DNA of 64,000 nucleotides from Nitrososphaerota archaeon (GTDB lineage Archaea; Thermoproteota; EX4484-205; JAAOZP01): NCBI GenBank assembly GCA_011605725.1, contig JAAOZP010000012.1, positions 1 to 64,000 of the forward strand, read 5' to 3'. Shown piece by piece: positions 61,160 to 64,000 of this stretch (position 1 is its first letter; each line of letters starts with the position of its first letter). The notes under the pieces were generated by a model. It saw only the letters and a program-made list of their open reading frames with translations, ran no database searches and was not told where the DNA came from. The position numbers and the translations under genes were made by a program.

Positions 61160-62365
61160 GTGTCTTCATGTGCTTTTCGAGGAAAAGTGCTAAGGATCAG
61201 TGTTTTCACACTCTTACTGATGCTCTTGACCTCAGCAATAAGGACTACGCTAAGTGCCTCAGGCTCCTCTGGAAAAAAGAGTTTCTACGTAGGAGTCTGG
61301 CTAGGAATGTATAGCGACTACTGGCCTAGTGAGAAAACAGAATGGTTGAGAAAGGTTGACGAAGCCTTCAAGTCCTTCAGGGAAGCCGGGATCGACGCCA
61401 TCTATTTTCTAGTTAAAGACCCTTGGGGATATGTTTACTACGAATCCAAGTATGCTCCATTGTCTGAGAAATACAGCTGGGATCTTTTAAGAGAGGTTGT
61501 GGCGAAGGCTAGGGAACATGGTCTCCAAGTATACCCGTATGTAAACGCGTTGGCAGAGGGGGAGACTCAGCCGAACTTCTACCTGAAGGAACATCCTGAC
61601 CTAGCGGTTTCATCTGCAAACGGTGAGAACGGTTGGGTTGACCCATCTAGCGGAGAATACGTTAATAGACTGATATCTATCGTTGAAGAAATCGTTTCAA
61701 ACTATGATGTAGACGGGTTGCAGTTGGACAGGATAAGGATGCCGGGGCCAGTAATAAGGGCGAAAGCCAGTGAAAAACTCTACACGGAGACAACTGGGCT
61801 CACCCCAGCTAACGATGAGAAAAAGTGGCAGGAGTTCGTGAGAGTATTTGAAAAAGTTAAATCAATAGATATGAGCCTGAGGCTTTCCGCCGCGGTTTTC
61901 CCATCCCCTTCGAACGCGGCTTTAAACCAGCTTCAAGACTGGAAGAAATGGGTTGAAGAAGGATGGGTTGACTACGTATGCACGATGGCTTACGCACAGG
62001 GGTTTTACACATTCAAGGCTTATGTAGATGAGGAGAAGGAGGCTTGCGAGCCTGGAAAACTATATGTGGGAATAGGCGCGTGGCAATTGTCCGCGTCTGA
62101 ATTGAAAAAACAGATAAAGTACGTTGTAGTCGACTCAGGACTACCTGGAGTACTATTGTTTAACGGGGATTCTCTACTCAGCAATACGGAGCTTTTAAAC
62201 GCCGTAAAGGAGGCGAAGGAGGGAAAGTTTGGGGAAGACTCATCCTCCTTCCCGTTTATGCTTAGCGCCTCCTCAGCCACCATACTGCTCTGCACAACGC
62301 TATTCTTGCTCCACCTACATGGAAAAAAGCGGAGGAAAAACGTTTCTTTAAAGAAAGCTTATTAG
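61160..62365 (+). CDS. GHL10 glycoside hydrolase with signal peptide and C-terminal TM anchor
   Basis: DLLREVVAKAREHGLQVYPY, WVDP, YDVDGLQLDRIR, QDWKKWVEEGWVDYVCTMAY. Confidence 0.82.
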   Translation: MSSCAFRGKVLRISVFTLLLMLLTSAIRTTLSASGSSGKKSFYVGVWLGMYSDYWPSEKTEWLRKVDEAFKSFREAGIDAIYFLVKDPWGYVYYESKYAPLSEKYSWDLLREVVAKAREHGLQVYPYVNALAEGETQPNFYLKEHPDLAVSSANGENGWVDPSSGEYVNRLISIVEEIVSNYDVDGLQLDRIRMPGPVIRAKASEKLYTETTGLTPANDEKKWQEFVRVFEKVKSIDMSLRLSAAVFPSPSNAALNQLQDWKKWVEEGWVDYVCTMAYAQGFYTFKAYVDEEKEACEPGKLYVGIGAWQLSASELKKQIKYVVVDSGLPGVLLFNGDSLLSNTELLNAVKEAKEGKFGEDSSSFPFMLSASSATILLCTTLFLLHLHGKKRRKNVSLKKAY

Positions 62366-62495
62366 ACAAGTATGTTTTCAAATGCTCAGGATAAAGGTGA
62401 ACCCTAAGCTTCAAGAAGCTGATGACTATACTATATTATGATGATCATGGTTGGCGCGCGTTACAGTTTCCCCCGAGAAAAAGCCTTAGAAAGGC

Positions 62496-63830
62496 TTAGC
62501 CACTTACCTTCACGCTTCTTATCCTAATCTTTGGCGCGATCCTCCCCGCCTCGTTCATCGTCCTCCTGCCAACAGCATCTATGGATTGAAGCATTTCGAA
62601 GACTGTGCTTCCAACCATGGCGTTTTTAACAGGATGCTTCACCTCACCATTTTCAACGAGGAACCCATGGTCTATAAGGCTCGAAATATTTGTCGATCCG
62701 CCGACTGGACCCAGAGAACTGTCGTAAACAAATATTCCTCGTTTAACGTCTTTAAAAAGCTCTTCATCCAAATACTCTCCCGGAGCTATCTGAAGATTAG
62801 TTAAGCTTGGCACAGGCTTCTCGGCTAAACTGGGTCTAGAAGCATGACCATTGTTCTCAATTTTTAAAGCATTAGCAGTGTAGGAATCAGTAACGTAGTT
62901 AACCAGTAATCCTTTCTCAATAATCCTTACCTTGCTGCAGGGACATCCCTCGTCGTCGAAAGGCGAAGAAGCCCATCCGGAAGGATAGAGAGGATCGTCA
63001 ATGATACTCAGTTTTTCGCTTGCAACCCTTGACCCCAGTTTTCCAGAGTAATAAGAGGATTTTTGCAGAACGTAAAACGCGTTCGCACCATAGCCAACGA
63101 TACGCTCCAGTGTTCCAAGCGTTGTCCTCTCGTCGAGAATCAGAGCATACCTGCCGTTCTCAACCTTTTTACCGCCAACACTTTTAACAGCCTTCCTTGC
63201 AGCATTGTCCCCCACCTCTTCAAACCTCAGCTCCCTGATGGACCTTGTTAGGAAATAATCGTACCCGGTTCCAATCTCCCCATTCTCTCCCTTCTTAAGA
63301 GCCTCAATACTGAAGGAGAGCCTTGAGGACTTATGAGTTCTCTCCACCCCTAGAGTGTTAACTATGAAGTCTTCAGCCACGCCTAGGCCAGCTCGTCCTG
63401 AGGCGTCAAGAGTTTCATCAACATTCTTCAAGGCGCGCACCCCGTCTAAAACTTTCGACACAAGCTCCTCTGAAGACAGCGTAGCTATCGCGTCGTCATA
63501 CAACCCCCTAACCTCCACCGGCTTCCCTTCTCCAGGAAGAGAGACGAAAGCCTCATCCGGCGGGGTTCCTCTAGCTAAAGATATTGCCCTCTTCACAGCC
63601 TTTTCAACACTGTCTTCATCCAGCTGCGTAGAAGTGGAAATCCCTATCGATTTACCAATGTAAACCCTTACTCCGAAGGAGGAGGAGTAGCCTTCTTCAA
63701 CACTCTTAACGGAACACCTCTCCACAGTCAGGCTGAGAGACCTTCCTGCTGAAGCAACTATTTCAGCCTGGCTGGCGCCAAGCTTCTCAGCCAGCCTAAC
63801 TCCCTTGACGCACAAGTCAAGCGCACCCAT
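62496..63830 (-). CDS. pmbA: TldD/PmbA family protein (PmbA/TldE-like)
   Basis: FGVRVY, SPFDDEG, IIEKGLLVNY, NGHASR; no HExxH. Confidence 0.85.
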   Translation of the reverse strand: MGALDLCVKGVRLAEKLGASQAEIVASAGRSLSLTVERCSVKSVEEGYSSSFGVRVYIGKSIGISTSTQLDEDSVEKAVKRAISLARGTPPDEAFVSLPGEGKPVEVRGLYDDAIATLSSEELVSKVLDGVRALKNVDETLDASGRAGLGVAEDFIVNTLGVERTHKSSRLSFSIEALKKGENGEIGTGYDYFLTRSIRELRFEEVGDNAARKAVKSVGGKKVENGRYALILDERTTLGTLERIVGYGANAFYVLQKSSYYSGKLGSRVASEKLSIIDDPLYPSGWASSPFDDEGCPCSKVRIIEKGLLVNYVTDSYTANALKIENNGHASRPSLAEKPVPSLTNLQIAPGEYLDEELFKDVKRGIFVYDSSLGPVGGSTNISSLIDHGFLVENGEVKHPVKNAMVGSTVFEMLQSIDAVGRRTMNEAGRIAPKIRIRSVKVSG

Positions 63831-63896
63831 CTATCTCCTACCTCCAACAACTACGTCCTTAACTGCGAGATGTAACTCTTTAGAGCTCGGGCTCAT
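63831..63896 (-). pseudogene. 21-aa remnant of tldD (MSPSSKELHLAVKDVVVGGRR)
   Basis: C-terminus matches the TldD PHxxxxxVxVGG ending; abuts the pmbA start; TATA-like box about 25 nt upstream of the ATG. Confidence 0.5.
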
Positions 63897-64000
63897 TAGA
63901 TTCCTGCGAGAAGCTATGTTTAAAAACTTTATGTGGTAAGAATGGAGGGGTTTAATCATCAGCATGGTTGAGGAGAGAAGGAAAAAGAGCGGGTTCAAGT

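Noticed and set aside
311-63663. Numerous short overlapping or antisense ORFs in the six-frame track (e.g. 6481-6969, 15396-15980, 32763-33425)
   Set aside because: They are shadows of well-supported genes on another frame or strand and have no recognisable motifs.

Overview
Archaeal chromosomal window. The evidence is TATA/BRE-type promoters, many leaderless starts, AGG/AGA-rich codons and archaeal gene families. The gene content suggests a thermophilic, sugar-degrading TACK-type lineage, possibly Brockarchaeota-like (inference only). Most of the window is metabolic or housekeeping: rpe, Mg2+ P-type ATPase, hflX, SOD, glnA, sugar isomerases and kinases, GH29 fucosidase, a sialidase-like protein, fucose isomerase, a corrinoid protein and PmbA. 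Two accessory regions stand out. (1) About 23.9-35.7 kb is a mosaic of toxin-antitoxin genes, gene fragments and a broken polymorphic-toxin-like locus. Its breakpoints are repeatedly marked by a short palindrome, consensus TAGCGCGCGCTA. The motif is absent from the matching positions of intact paralogues in this window, so it looks like an inserted deletion or joining scar. (2) About 44.4-49.3 kb is an AT-rich island with an unannotated 40-aa Cys-rich RiPP precursor, a radical SAM maturase, an ABC exporter (partly deleted) and an IS200/IS605 right-end scar. Near the right end, a membrane-anchored amidase_2 between two GHL10 glycosidases suggests a peptidoglycan-degrading module in an archaeon. 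No rRNA, tRNA, CRISPR array or integrase was seen. All family calls come from motif recognition by eye, not database searches.
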